NCBI GenBank assembly: GCA_027023105.1
Contig: JALVWY010000026.1
Location: 1-61,229 of the forward strand
Direction: 5' to 3'
Length of the DNA stretch: 61,229 bases
DNA from: Campylobacterales bacterium
Lineage (GTDB): Bacteria; Campylobacterota; Campylobacteria; Campylobacterales; Nautiliaceae
Shown: one piece after another, positions 1 through 10,276 of the stretch
Layout of the letters: each line of letters opens with the position of its first letter
Numbering within the stretch: position 1 is the first letter of the stretch
The notes under the pieces: model-generated
Told to the model about the DNA's origin: nothing
What the model saw: only the letters and a program-made list of their open reading frames with translations
The model's database searches: none
Made by a program: the position numbers and the translations under genes

Positions 1-409
1 GATAATTAGCCCCATAAGGTTTTTCTTCATATCCTAAACGGCTGAAATCTCTTTTGTCATAAATTGATTTAAATAAAACTTTCATATCTTTTGGAGTTTT
101 TAAAACTATTTTTTTATTAAGTTTTTTAAGCCATCTGTAACTCACAGAATGGAATGTTCCGGCTTCTATGTTTTTTGCATTGGTAAATACAGAAGAGATT
201 CTCTCTTTCATCTCATTTGCGGCTTTATTGGTAAAAGTTAAAAGTAAAATTTCTTCAGGTTTTACATCGTTTTGAAGCAAATGGGCAATTCTCCCTACAA
301 TAGTTGAAGTTTTACCCGTTCCGGCACTTGCAATTATAAGATTATGTCCAAAATCAGCGGTTGCGGCACTTAACTGCTCGGTATTTAATTTACTAAGAGG
401 CAAATTCAC
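1..409 (-). CDS. UvrD/Rep/PcrA-family DNA helicase, N-terminal part only (gene runs off the left edge)
   Basis: Own translation of the minus strand from GTG 409 (or TTG 403): VNLPLSKLNTEQLSAATADFGHNLIIASAGTGKTSTIVGRIAHLLQ...LLLTFTNKAANEMKERI. It carries helicase motif I (AGTGKT) and motif Ia (TFTNKAA). Absent from the ORF track because it is truncated. Confidence 0.75.
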   Translation of the reverse strand, partial: MNLPLSKLNTEQLSAATADFGHNLIIASAGTGKTSTIVGRIAHLLQNDVKPEEILLLTFTNKAANEMKERISSVFTNAKNIEAGTFHSVSYRWLKKLNKKIVLKTPKDMKVLFKSIYDKRDFSRLGYEEKPYGANY

Positions 410-423
410 CCTTTTTTGAACGA

Positions 424-432
424 ATTATATCA
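424..432 (-). promoter_or_regulatory. extended -10 element TGATATAAT upstream of the helicase gene
   Basis: Minus strand reads cTGaTATAATtcgttcaaaaaaGGGtgaatTTG. The -10 lies 14-20 nt upstream of the two candidate starts. A T-rich tract lies upstream and there is no clear -35. Confidence 0.35.
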
Positions 433-560
433 GTTTTGAAAAATAAAAAAATAGTTTTTATAACACAAAACAAATTAATTATCCTAAACGGATTTTAATC
501 AATAAAAATCATCTCGAGTTTTTTGAGTATGGTTTTGAACACTCAATTAACATAATAATC

Positions 561-1400
561 TTACTCTTTAATTTCCGTTCCAATTCCTTCACTTGTCAAA
601 AGTTCCAGCAAAATAGAATGTTCAACCCTCCCGTCAATTATATGGGCTTTTTCAACACCTTTGCTAACGGCACTTAAAGCTGCATCCACTTTTGGAATCA
701 TACCGCCGGCTATTGTTCCGTTTTCTTTTAAATTTTTTATCTCTTCTTCACTTAATGAACTGAGTAACTCTTTATTTTTATCCAAAACCCCGGGCGTATC
801 TGTTAAGAAAATAACTCTTCTTGCATTAATTGCCGCTGCTATTTCACTGGCTGCCGTATCTGCATTTATATTAAATCCAGGATGTGTTGGAGAATTTCCA
901 CACGCTATCGGAGCAATTACAGGGATCAAATTTTCACTTAAAAGTTTATTCACAAAAATACCGTCTATTGAGGTAATCTCTCCTGTATAGCCTACTAACT
1001 CTTTTGCCTTCATAAAAGACATATCTTTACCGTTTATTCCAATAGCTTTTGCTCCGTGTTGGTTTAGCATATTTACAATTTCTTTATTTATCTCTCCGCT
1101 TAAAACCATTTCCGCTATTTTTATAGATTCTTTTGTAGTTACCCTAACCCCGTCTTTAAATTCCGTTTTTATATTTAAAGCACCTAAAATTTCGGTAATT
1201 CTTTTTCCTCCTCCGTGCACTATCACAGGTTTAATTCCGACCATATAAAGCATCAAAATATCAACAGCAAAACTTTCTTTTAATTTTTCATCTATTTGAG
1301 CCGCTCCTCCATATTTTATTACAATCGTCTGAGCGTAAAATTTTTTTATAAACGGAAGTGAATCAAGTAGCGTCTGAACCGTTTGTATTTTTTTCTTCAT
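561..1400 (-). CDS. argB: acetylglutamate kinase
   Basis: 279 aa. N-terminal IVIKYGGAA amino-acid-kinase motif, VIVHGGG, and full-length ArgB-like layout. AAAGGA Shine-Dalgarno upstream of the ATG. Confidence 0.95.
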   Translation of the reverse strand: MKKKIQTVQTLLDSLPFIKKFYAQTIVIKYGGAAQIDEKLKESFAVDILMLYMVGIKPVIVHGGGKRITEILGALNIKTEFKDGVRVTTKESIKIAEMVLSGEINKEIVNMLNQHGAKAIGINGKDMSFMKAKELVGYTGEITSIDGIFVNKLLSENLIPVIAPIACGNSPTHPGFNINADTAASEIAAAINARRVIFLTDTPGVLDKNKELLSSLSEEEIKNLKENGTIAGGMIPKVDAALSAVSKGVEKAHIIDGRVEHSILLELLTSEGIGTEIKE

Positions 1401-1495
1401 TTTTATCCTTTGTTATAAAATATCTATTTATTTTTGTAATTAATTTTATAGTAAAAAATTGCTAAATTCAAATCTTTAAACTTAACATAATAATT

Positions 1496-2161
1496 TTACT
1501 CTTTATACATAATCGGGTCTTTAATCCCGGCTTTTTCAAAACCTTTAAGCCTTAATCTGCAGCTGTCACACACCCCGCACGCTTTTTCTTCTTCTTTATA
1601 ACAACTCCAGGTAAGTTCCAATGGCACTCCTACTTCAATGCCTTTTTGAACAATATCCTCTTTTTTCAAATGAATAAGAGGTGTTTTTATTTCTATATGA
1701 GTATCAGGTTTAGTCCCTGAATTTATGGCATTTTGCATATTTTTTATAAATTTTTCCCTGCAGTCAGGATAGCCGCTGCTGTCTTCCTCAACCACCCCTA
1801 TAAAAAGAGCATTAGCTCCCTCTTTTTCAGCAACCGCCGCTGCTATTGAGAGAAAAATTCCGTTTCTAAAAGGCACATATGTCACGGGGATGCCCGGTTT
1901 TATCCCCTCAACCGGAACATCAATATTTTCATCAACCAAAGCACTTGCCCCTATTTGTTTAAAAAAAGGAATATCAATAATATATCTGTTTTTAATATTC
2001 AAATAATCACAAATATCATTAAAACTTTTTAATTCTTTTTTTTCTGTTCTTTGTCCGTAATTAAAATGAAGCGGAATAATTTCATATTTTTCTTTTTTTG
2101 CTATAAAAGCAGCTGTGGAACTATCCATTCCGCCACTCAAAATCACAATGGCTTTTTTCAT
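1496..2161 (-). CDS. queC: 7-cyano-7-deazaguanine synthase
   Basis: 221 aa. PP-loop ILSGGMDSST and C-terminal zinc cysteine cluster CGVCDSCRLR, typical of QueC. Confidence 0.93.
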   Translation of the reverse strand: MKKAIVILSGGMDSSTAAFIAKKEKYEIIPLHFNYGQRTEKKELKSFNDICDYLNIKNRYIIDIPFFKQIGASALVDENIDVPVEGIKPGIPVTYVPFRNGIFLSIAAAVAEKEGANALFIGVVEEDSSGYPDCREKFIKNMQNAINSGTKPDTHIEIKTPLIHLKKEDIVQKGIEVGVPLELTWSCYKEEEKACGVCDSCRLRLKGFEKAGIKDPIMYKE

Positions 2162-2204
2162 TTTATGCCTTTTTTATTATAATTTTACTAAAAAAGGTCC
2201 AAAA

Positions 2205-2624
2205 ATGATAGATTTTGAAAACAAAAGCAGTCTGGAATTTGATATAAACTCCTTGCAAGATATTTATAAATATTTAACCGATAAAGATTTAGAACTTATT
2301 TTAACAACAGACGAAGAAATACAAAAACTTAATAAAACCCATAGACAAAAAGACAAACCCACAGATGTTTTAAGCTTTCCTTTAGAAAATATGCCCTCAA
2401 TGCCTCTTGGAAGTATAGTAATTTCAGTAGATACGGCAAAAAAAGGCGCTGATGAATTCGGACATTCTATAGAAGATGAAATAAAACTTCTCTTTATCCA
2501 CGGACTTTTGCATATACTTGGTTACGACCACGAAACGGATAACGGAGAAATGAGAGAAAAAGAGAAAGAAATAATAGAAAAATTTAATCTTCCAAAAAGC
2601 CTTGTTATAAGAAACGAGTTGTGA
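2205..2624 (+). CDS. ybeY: rRNA maturation endoribonuclease YbeY
   Basis: Zinc motif HGLLHILGYDH. ATG 2205 (MIDFENK) is preferred over the track start 2115, whose first 30 codons overlap queC on the other strand. Confidence 0.9.
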   Translation: MIDFENKSSLEFDINSLQDIYKYLTDKDLELILTTDEEIQKLNKTHRQKDKPTDVLSFPLENMPSMPLGSIVISVDTAKKGADEFGHSIEDEIKLLFIHGLLHILGYDHETDNGEMREKEKEIIEKFNLPKSLVIRNEL

Positions 2625-2642
2625 TATAATCATAACTCAAAA

Positions 2643-2718
2643 GAGCCCTTAGCTCAATTGGCAGAGCATCTGACTCTTAATCAGAGGGTTGTGGGTTCGA
2701 TTCCCACAGGGCTCACCA
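2643..2718 (+). tRNA. tRNA-Lys (anticodon CTT)
   Basis: Folded by hand as a 76-nt cloverleaf. Acceptor GAGCCCT/AGGGCTC, D stem GCTC/GAGC, anticodon stem TCTGA/TCAGA with loop CTCTTAA, T arm GTGGG-TTCGATT-CCCAC, and an encoded CCA. Confidence 0.9.
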
Positions 2719-2721
2719 CTC

Positions 2722-4917
2722 TTATAAAATTTCACTTTTCATAATTTTTGGAAATGTATTAAAATAGATATCTTTTGCTTTATCTAAATCAACTTCAACA
2801 TCATTGATTTTTATTTTATCTCCACCGACTTTACCCACTTTTTCAAAGTAGATATCTTTTTCAGAACATAATTTTTCAAATACTTTTTCATTTTCAGGAG
2901 AAATTTCAACAAAAGCTCTGCTTAAAGTTTCAGCGAAAATATCAATAGGATTATTTACTTTTACATTTATATCTAATCCTTTATCGCTTACACACGCCCA
3001 TTTATAAGCGACTATTGCAAGACCTCCGCTTGAAATATCTTTTGCACTTTCAATTAAATCGCTGGCTAAAACATCCCAAAGTTTTAACTCTTTTTCAAAA
3101 TCAACATCCGGATGCTCTCCTGCTACAACATCTCCGAATACTTTTAGATACAAACTTCCTCCAAATTCGCTTTTTGTTTCATTTAAAATATAAATTGTAT
3201 TACCTTCTTTTTTAAGCTCAGTAGTTCTAAATTCATCTCCTGCTCCTACGGTTGCAATTTCAGGGGTTGGATAAACACCATAACCTTCATTTTCATTATA
3301 AAGTGAAACATTTCCGCTCACTACCGGTGTATTAAGTGCCGCGCAGGCTTCTTTTATACCTTCGCATCCTTCTTTAAACTGCCACATAATTTCAGGATTT
3401 TCAGGATTTCCGTAATTTAAACAATCTGTAATTGCAAGAGGTTTTATTTTTTTAACCGCTACATTTCTTCCGGCTTCCATTACGGCAGCTGCCGCTCCAA
3501 GGCGTGGGTTAATATAATTAAATCTGGCATTACAATCAGCACTCATTCCTATAAATCTACCGTTTTCTTTTACTCTTAAAACAGACCCGTCAGCTCTTTT
3601 TGTATCGACTGTATTTGTTCCTACCATTGAATCATATTGCTCATAAATCCACGCTTTATCAACAATTTCGCTCTCACTCATAAGTTTTTCAAATGCTTCT
3701 TGCGGATTGATTTCAGGGATTTTTACCTCTTTTATTGTTTTTAAATATTCAGGCTCTTTTACAGGTCTGCAAAGCTCCGGTGCTTCATCTGTAATAGGAC
3801 CTACCGGAATATCAGCCACTTTTTCACCATACCAGAAAAGCTCAACTTTTCCTGTATTTGTAACTTCTCCTATAACCTCAGCATCCAAATCCCATTTTTT
3901 GAAAATTTCTATAATTTTATCTTCATATCCTTTTTTGGCACAAATAAGCATTCTTTCTTGTGATTCGCTAAGCATTAATTCATAAGGATTCATCCCTTCT
4001 TCTCTCATAGGAACTTTATCAAGATTCATAATAAGCCCGCTTCCGCTGTTACTTGCCATTTCAAAAGCAGATGAAGTAAGCCCGGCAGCCCCCATATCCT
4101 GAATACCTACAATATAATCTGTTTTAAACAGTTCTAAACACGCTTCCATTAATAGTTTTTCTGTAAAAGGGTCTCCTACTTGAACTGTCGGTCTTTGGTC
4201 TTCATCTCCCTCTTTAAAAGAATCACTACTCATAACAGCACCGCCAAGCCCGTCTCTTCCTGTTTTACTTCCTACATAAATTACAGGATTTCCCTCACCT
4301 TCCGCTTTTGCATAAAATATTTCATCTTCCCCGCAAATTCCAAGAGCAAAAGCATTAACTAAAATATTTCCTTTATAACTATCCTCAAAAGCGCTCTCAC
4401 CACCGATAGTAGGAACTCCTATACAGTTACCATACCCGGCAATTCCCGCTACAACTCCGCTTAATAAGTGTCTATGAAGTTTAGCCGTGTCATCATTTCC
4501 TTTAATGTGGGCAAATCTGATTGCATTAAGATTAGCAACAGGTCTGGCCCCCATTGTAAAAATATCTCTAAGAATTCCGCCAACTCCGGTAGCAGCGCCT
4601 TGATAAGGCTCAATGAAACTCGGATGATTATGACTTTCCATTTTAAATACAGCAGCCATTCCTCCGCCAATATCAATAACACCTGCATTCTCCCCGGGAC
4701 CCTGAATTACCCACGGCGCCTCGGTTGGAAAACCTTTTAAATAACATTTACTTGATTTATAACTACAATGCTCACTCCACATAGCACTAAATACACCAAG
4801 TTCTACAAAATTCGGCTCTCTACCGATAATTTTTATTATATGCTCATAATCTTCTTTACTAAGTTTATGCTTAGCTAAAATTTCATCTAATTTTGATTTA
4901 TCTATTTCATATGCCAT
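2722..4917 (-). CDS. purL: phosphoribosylformylglycinamidine synthase subunit PurL
   Basis: 731 aa. Typical PurL-II N-terminus ([14 protein letters not shown]) and duplicated AIR-synthase-like domains. Confidence 0.95.
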   Translation of the reverse strand: MAYEIDKSKLDEILAKHKLSKEDYEHIIKIIGREPNFVELGVFSAMWSEHCSYKSSKCYLKGFPTEAPWVIQGPGENAGVIDIGGGMAAVFKMESHNHPSFIEPYQGAATGVGGILRDIFTMGARPVANLNAIRFAHIKGNDDTAKLHRHLLSGVVAGIAGYGNCIGVPTIGGESAFEDSYKGNILVNAFALGICGEDEIFYAKAEGEGNPVIYVGSKTGRDGLGGAVMSSDSFKEGDEDQRPTVQVGDPFTEKLLMEACLELFKTDYIVGIQDMGAAGLTSSAFEMASNSGSGLIMNLDKVPMREEGMNPYELMLSESQERMLICAKKGYEDKIIEIFKKWDLDAEVIGEVTNTGKVELFWYGEKVADIPVGPITDEAPELCRPVKEPEYLKTIKEVKIPEINPQEAFEKLMSESEIVDKAWIYEQYDSMVGTNTVDTKRADGSVLRVKENGRFIGMSADCNARFNYINPRLGAAAAVMEAGRNVAVKKIKPLAITDCLNYGNPENPEIMWQFKEGCEGIKEACAALNTPVVSGNVSLYNENEGYGVYPTPEIATVGAGDEFRTTELKKEGNTIYILNETKSEFGGSLYLKVFGDVVAGEHPDVDFEKELKLWDVLASDLIESAKDISSGGLAIVAYKWACVSDKGLDINVKVNNPIDIFAETLSRAFVEISPENEKVFEKLCSEKDIYFEKVGKVGGDKIKINDVEVDLDKAKDIYFNTFPKIMKSEIL

Positions 4918-4947
4918 TTCAGACCTTTTTTTATTTGAATTTTACCA

Positions 4948-5898
4948 TTAATATTCAATATTCTCAACCTCTTTTTTCTCCATAAGCTTAATTATTAGCT
5001 TTTGTGTAAAAAGTTCGTGACATTTCGGACATCTGGTGGAATATAAAGGAAATGTTTTTTTGCAGTTCTCGCAAACATACTCAAATCCAAGTTCAGCTGT
5101 ATTATTATTTAAATTTTTAAGAACTTCAATTTCAAAAGGTGCTTTTTTCTTGCAATCAGTAAGTTTCTTAGCTGCTAAAATATTACAAAATTTTTTATTA
5201 TCAGGGATATCGTCTCTATACCAGTATAAATCCAAATACTCATAAATATCAGCTATTTCATAAGCTTTTTTTATATCCGCTCTAAAAAGATAACTTAAAT
5301 ATTCTCTTTTTACAAAAGGGTATTTTTCATAAATATCTTCAAAATTCTTAATTCCATCACAAAACTCTTCAATACTACATCCGTTTTGCAAGAAGAGTTT
5401 TATCATTGCATTTGCTTTTTCTTTTGGAAGTTTAATTTCAAGCTCATCAAAAATTTCTAAAATATCTATAATTTCTTTTATATTGTTAAATTTTTCATTT
5501 ATCAAAATCAACAGTTTTAAAGCTTCCTTATTTCTTGGGTTTGTTTTTAATATTTTTTCTACTATATGCTCTGATTTTTGTAAAAACCCGGCTTTAAAAT
5601 AACATTTGGCTATATTTAAAAGATTTGTGTTTGACGGATAATCTTTTTGAATTAAAAGATAAATTTCAATAGCCTTCTCATAATTTCCCTCTTTTTCATA
5701 AGCTTTTGCCAAAAGTAAAAGTGCATTTAAAGGATTATTCAAATCTTCATTAAAATATTCAAAATTCTTCATAAGTTTTTCTATCTCTTTTTGTTTTAAA
5801 ATTTCTTTTATCCTTCCAAAAAGCAATGCTAAAACCACAGCAATCAAAATAATCAAAAAAAATATTATAACGCTAAAAAGAGGGTCTTTGTAATTCAT
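4948..5898 (-). CDS. LapB/YciM-like TPR protein (N-terminal TM helix, TPR repeats, C-terminal rubredoxin-type zinc ribbon)
   Basis: 316 aa. Hydrophobic N-terminus (FSVIIFFLIILIAVVLALLF), TPR-like helical repeats, and C-terminal CENC...17 aa...CPKC. The architecture matches LapB. Confidence 0.6.
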   Translation of the reverse strand: MNYKDPLFSVIIFFLIILIAVVLALLFGRIKEILKQKEIEKLMKNFEYFNEDLNNPLNALLLLAKAYEKEGNYEKAIEIYLLIQKDYPSNTNLLNIAKCYFKAGFLQKSEHIVEKILKTNPRNKEALKLLILINEKFNNIKEIIDILEIFDELEIKLPKEKANAMIKLFLQNGCSIEEFCDGIKNFEDIYEKYPFVKREYLSYLFRADIKKAYEIADIYEYLDLYWYRDDIPDNKKFCNILAAKKLTDCKKKAPFEIEVLKNLNNNTAELGFEYVCENCKKTFPLYSTRCPKCHELFTQKLIIKLMEKKEVENIEY

Positions 5899-5945
5899 TT
5901 TCTTCCTTTATCAATATCTATTGTTATTATAGTATAATTCTATCT

Positions 5946-7574
5946 ATGATAAAACAAGAATCAATCCAGAACCTAAAAAGTATTATAGATATTACCGATG
6001 TTATAGGCAATTATGTTCAGCTCAAAAAACAAGGAAGCAATTTCAGCGGTCTTTGCCCTTTTCACAGCGAAAAAACGCCCTCTTTTATTGTGAGCCCCGC
6101 TAAGCAGATATATCACTGTTTCGGATGCGGGGCAAGTGGAGACGCTATAAAATTTATAATGGAAATAGAAAAACTAAGCTATCCCGAAGCCATTGAAAAA
6201 CTGGCTGGTATGTTTAACTTTAAACTTGAATACACTTCAAAAAACAGTTTTTTAAATATAGACCTGTTAGACAAAGTAAATTCTTTTTATGAATCAAAAC
6301 TTTTTATCAAAAAAGAGGCTTTGGAATATCTTAAAAACAGAGGGCTTTTTGAATCTACAATAGAAAAATTTGCCCTTGGATATGCCCCATCCTCTAATGA
6401 ACAGTTTAAATTCTTCAAAGACGCCCATCTTAATTTTGAGGATTTAAAAAAACTCGGAGTTTTAAATGAAACAGGCGAATACCCAAGACTTATTGAAAGA
6501 ATAACTTTTCCTATATTTTCCCAAAACGGAAAAATTATAGCCTTTGGAGGAAGAACAATATCAAATCATCCGGCAAAATATATAAATTTTACAAACACCT
6601 CTATTTTTAATAAATCAAAAACATTTTACGGACTTAATTTTGCAAGAGAACATATTTTAAGAAGTAAAGAAATTATAATAGTAGAAGGTTATATGGATGT
6701 TATTATGCTTCATCAAGCGGGTATTGAAAATGCCGTTGCAACTCTTGGAACTGCCCTTACAGGAGAACATCTGCCAATTCTAAAAAAACTAAACCCGAAA
6801 GTAACAGTGGCATATGACAGCGATAATGCCGGAATAAACGCAGCTCTAAAAGCCAGTAAACTTTTATACAAAGAATATTTTGAGGGTGGAGTAGTGTTAT
6901 TTAATGAAGGGGAAGACCCGGCGGATGCAGTAAAAAACGGGGAAAATTTAGATAATATTTTTAAAGAAAAAATCCCTTTTAGCAATTTTATAATCAATTT
7001 TACACTAAAAAAATATAATCTCAAAAATCCGATAGAAAAAAAAGATGCCCTTAATGAGATAAAATCATATATAGCAACATTACCTGACATATTAAAAGAA
7101 GATTTTGCCAATAAAGCAGCCCAATATCTGCAAACTTCCCCTGCCTTATTAAAAACAAGAGTTTCAATGCAAAATCAAAATATAAATTTAAACAAAAAAA
7201 CAGACATAGCAGAAGCCGGAATTATAAAAACACTTTATGAAAACCCGCAAATTATGAATAGCGTGGTGGAATATCTCTCCCCTGAAATGTTCAAAACACA
7301 TTCAAACGAATTAAGTGCCGTATATGCCGAAAATTTTGAAGATTCAAGACTTCTTGAAATAGTTTTAAGAGATGATATAAAAACACTTGATTTAGCTTCT
7401 CTTAAAAATCAGATAAGAAAAATTTTAATTCCTTATTATCAAAATAAAATATTACAAATAAGACTTGACCCTAAAATTAACGGAGATAAAAAAATACATC
7501 TTTTAAAAGATATGAATTTAAAACTGCAAAAAATAAAAAAAGGAGAATTTGTTGAAGGCATTAGCTCTATTTAG
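5946..7574 (+). CDS. dnaG: DNA primase
   Basis: 542 aa. Zinc-ribbon CPFHSEKTPSF...CFGCG and TOPRIM segment IIVEGYMDV. Confidence 0.95.
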   Translation: MIKQESIQNLKSIIDITDVIGNYVQLKKQGSNFSGLCPFHSEKTPSFIVSPAKQIYHCFGCGASGDAIKFIMEIEKLSYPEAIEKLAGMFNFKLEYTSKNSFLNIDLLDKVNSFYESKLFIKKEALEYLKNRGLFESTIEKFALGYAPSSNEQFKFFKDAHLNFEDLKKLGVLNETGEYPRLIERITFPIFSQNGKIIAFGGRTISNHPAKYINFTNTSIFNKSKTFYGLNFAREHILRSKEIIIVEGYMDVIMLHQAGIENAVATLGTALTGEHLPILKKLNPKVTVAYDSDNAGINAALKASKLLYKEYFEGGVVLFNEGEDPADAVKNGENLDNIFKEKIPFSNFIINFTLKKYNLKNPIEKKDALNEIKSYIATLPDILKEDFANKAAQYLQTSPALLKTRVSMQNQNINLNKKTDIAEAGIIKTLYENPQIMNSVVEYLSPEMFKTHSNELSAVYAENFEDSRLLEIVLRDDIKTLDLASLKNQIRKILIPYYQNKILQIRLDPKINGDKKIHLLKDMNLKLQKIKKGEFVEGISSI

Positions 7575-8511
7575 CGGCGGACTTGACAGTATCTTAGCTA
7601 TAAAAACAATACAAGAACAAAATATAGAAGTAGAAGGCGTTTATGTTGACTTAGGATTTGAGTCCAATAAAGAAAAAACCGATTATCTTTTACAAATGGC
7701 AAAAAAACTTAATATAAAACTAAATATAATTGACAAAAAAGAGGAATATATAAAAAGTATTCTTTTTAATCCGGTTTACGGATATGGCAAAAATATGAAC
7801 CCCTGTATTGACTGCCACGCTTTTATGATAAGAAGTGCAAAAGAGCTTTTGGAAAAAACAAACGCTTCTTTTATAATAAGCGGCGAAGTTGTAGGGCAAA
7901 GACCTATGAGCCAAAGAAAAGAGGCAATGAAATGTGTAAATAAACTTTCAGATAAAGAAAATCTTGTTTTAAGACCTCTTAGCGCAAAACTGCTTTCCCC
8001 TACTCTTCCTGAAATAAAAGGCTGGGTAGACAGAGAAAAACTTTTAGATATAAGCGGAAGAGACAGAAAAAGACAAATGGAGCTTGCAAAAAAATATGGA
8101 TTAGAAGATTATGAATCTCCATCAGGCGGATGTCTGCTTACAGATATAAATTTTTCAAAAAGACTAAAAGATTATTCAAAAACACTTAAACTCTCTGTAA
8201 ATGAAATAGATATTTTAAAAGTCGGAAGGCATATAAATTATAAAGGTTTTAAAATAATCATTTCAAGAAAAGCCGAAGAAAATCATGTTTTAAAAGCCTA
8301 TAAAGGAGATATTTTTGAAAAAATGTTCCCCGCAGGTTTTCCGGGACCAGTCGGACTTATACAAAAAAACACCCCTGATGAAATCAAACAAAAAGCGGCA
8401 GATTTTATGATAAGCTATACAAAATTTGATGAAGGCGATATAATTATTGCCAATCAAACATTTACAGCTCATAAATTAGACAAACAAAACATCAGACAAT
8501 ATATTATTTGA
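7549..8511 (+). CDS. PP-loop ATP pyrophosphatase family protein (ThiI/MnmA-like tRNA thiolation-type enzyme)
   Basis: 320 aa. TTG start 4 nt after an AGGAG. Contains the SGGLDS PP-loop, NPCIDCH and GGCLLTD cysteine motifs. Overlaps the dnaG 3' end by 26 nt. Confidence 0.6.
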   Translation: MLKALALFSGGLDSILAIKTIQEQNIEVEGVYVDLGFESNKEKTDYLLQMAKKLNIKLNIIDKKEEYIKSILFNPVYGYGKNMNPCIDCHAFMIRSAKELLEKTNASFIISGEVVGQRPMSQRKEAMKCVNKLSDKENLVLRPLSAKLLSPTLPEIKGWVDREKLLDISGRDRKRQMELAKKYGLEDYESPSGGCLLTDINFSKRLKDYSKTLKLSVNEIDILKVGRHINYKGFKIIISRKAEENHVLKAYKGDIFEKMFPAGFPGPVGLIQKNTPDEIKQKAADFMISYTKFDEGDIIIANQTFTAHKLDKQNIRQYII

Positions 8512-10276
8512 TATAACCTTTATCAACCAAATAATTATAAATATTACTCACAATATCTCCTGCCGCACTTCCACCGTGCCCTCCGTGTTCTACTATAACA
8601 GTTACGACAAACTGCGGGTTTTTATAAGGTCCGAATGTTGTAAGCCACGCGTGAGAGCGGTGAAAATAAGCCAATTCATCTTCTCTTTTTCTTTTTTTTA
8701 CTATCTGAGGCATAGAATAAACCTGGGCTGTTCCTGTTTTACCGGCAATTGTTATTTTTGTATGAATATGTCTTGTTGCGGTTCCGCCAGGAGCATTACA
8801 AACCTCCCACATCCCTTTTCTTACTATCCATAAATCTTTTTTTTCTTTTTTATTTAATACATCTTTTAAAACCGGCTTTGTTAGATTATTATCTATTTTT
8901 TCCACAACAAAAGGTTTTGGCAATTTACCGCTGGCAATTAAAGCGGTATTTACAGCAACTTGAATAGGGGTAACAAGAAAATACCCCTGTCCGATAGAAA
9001 CATTAAGAGTTTCTCCAATAAACCACGGTTGATGATATCTCTTTTCTTTCCACTCTTTATTTGGAACGATTCCGCTTTTTTCATTAGGTAAATCAATACC
9101 TGTTTTTTTTCCAAATCCCATTTTCTTAAAATTTTTTGAAATATAATCAATTCCTAGTTTTAATCCTACTTGATAAAAATATGTGTCAACACTCTCTTTT
9201 ATTGCTTTGATTATATCTGTTTTTCCATGCCCCCAAGGCAGCCAGTCTCTGAATTTTCTATGCCCTATTTCTATAAATCCGGGACATTCTATTTTTTTCC
9301 AGGGATTCCATTTACCGCTTGCAGCCGCTATAAGAGCTTCTGCCGGCTTTACGGTAGAACCCGGAGGATAAAGACCGCTTACAGGTTTATTAAGCAAAGG
9401 ATTATAAATATTATATGCCAATTTATGCCACTCTTTGGTTGAAATTCCTTTTACAAAAAGATTATTATCATAACTAGGAGTTGAAACCAAAGCCACTATC
9501 TCGCCGTTAGTTCTCATAACAACAACAGCGCCTCTTTTTTTCTCTTTCATCATTGTATTATAAATATATTTTTGTAAATTTGTATCAATGGTTAAAGTAA
9601 TGTTATTTGATTTAGGGGGAATATATTTTATAACTTTCAAAACTCTGTTTCTTGCATTTACAATTTCTGTTTTACTTCCGGCGTTCCCTTGTAAAATATT
9701 ATCATAATATCTTTCAATTCCTCTTTTTCCTGCAATTTGGGTATATTCTATTACTTTATTTCTTTTTAAATCTTTTTTATTGGCTCTTGCTACATATCCT
9801 AAAACATTCGAAAGAAAATATTTATAAGGATATTTTCTAAGATAAACCGTTTTAAAAGCAATATTGGGATTTAAACTCAAAACAGGCTCTATTTTAAATA
9901 CTTTTTCTTCGGTTATATATTTAATTACCGGAATATCTTTATTGTTATAAGGAGAATTTTGATTTTTATAAATATTATAAATTTTAGTTTTATTTACATC
10001 CAAAACATCAGCTATATCATTAATAGTGCTTTTTAATTCCTCTTTTTTTAAATGTGCTCTTAAATCCAAATCAAATCTGAGCTCATTAAAAGCCAAAGTA
10101 TTACCGAATCTATCAAAAACAATCCCTCTAACAGGGGCTATAGGAACAACTTTTGTATAATTGTCTTTTGAGAGATTTAAATATTTTTTATTTGAAACAA
10201 TACTCAAATCATAAGTTCTGTAAATTAAAACAAAATAAAAAATAAAAACAAAAAATATTATAATTTTATACCGCAT
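8504..10276 (-). CDS. mrdA: penicillin-binding protein 2 (elongasome transpeptidase)
   Basis: 590 aa. N-terminal TM anchor, PBP dimerisation domain, and transpeptidase motifs STVKP, SIGQG and KTGTAQ. Confidence 0.9.
   Translation of the reverse strand: MRYKIIIFFVFIFYFVLIYRTYDLSIVSNKKYLNLSKDNYTKVVPIAPVRGIVFDRFGNTLAFNELRFDLDLRAHLKKEELKSTINDIADVLDVNKTKIYNIYKNQNSPYNNKDIPVIKYITEEKVFKIEPVLSLNPNIAFKTVYLRKYPYKYFLSNVLGYVARANKKDLKRNKVIEYTQIAGKRGIERYYDNILQGNAGSKTEIVNARNRVLKVIKYIPPKSNNITLTIDTNLQKYIYNTMMKEKKRGAVVVMRTNGEIVALVSTPSYDNNLFVKGISTKEWHKLAYNIYNPLLNKPVSGLYPPGSTVKPAEALIAAASGKWNPWKKIECPGFIEIGHRKFRDWLPWGHGKTDIIKAIKESVDTYFYQVGLKLGIDYISKNFKKMGFGKKTGIDLPNEKSGIVPNKEWKEKRYHQPWFIGETLNVSIGQGYFLVTPIQVAVNTALIASGKLPKPFVVEKIDNNLTKPVLKDVLNKKEKKDLWIVRKGMWEVCNAPGGTATRHIHTKITIAGKTGTAQVYSMPQIVKKRKREDELAYFHRSHAWLTTFGPYKNPQFVVTVIVEHGGHGGSAAGDIVSNIYNYLVDKGYIK

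Noticed and set aside
2115-2204. Upstream extension of the ybeY ORF (track start 2115)
   Set aside because: The extra 30 codons overlap the queC 5' end on the opposite strand and are not YbeY-like. ATG 2205 gives a normal-length YbeY.
1401-2204. Possible riboswitches or leaders: preQ1 upstream of queC, lysine upstream of lysC at 24164-24171, T-box or SAM upstream of metG
   Set aside because: The upstream non-coding spaces are only 43 nt (queC), 8 nt (lysC) and 0 nt (metG overlaps fbp). That is far too short for these RNA elements.
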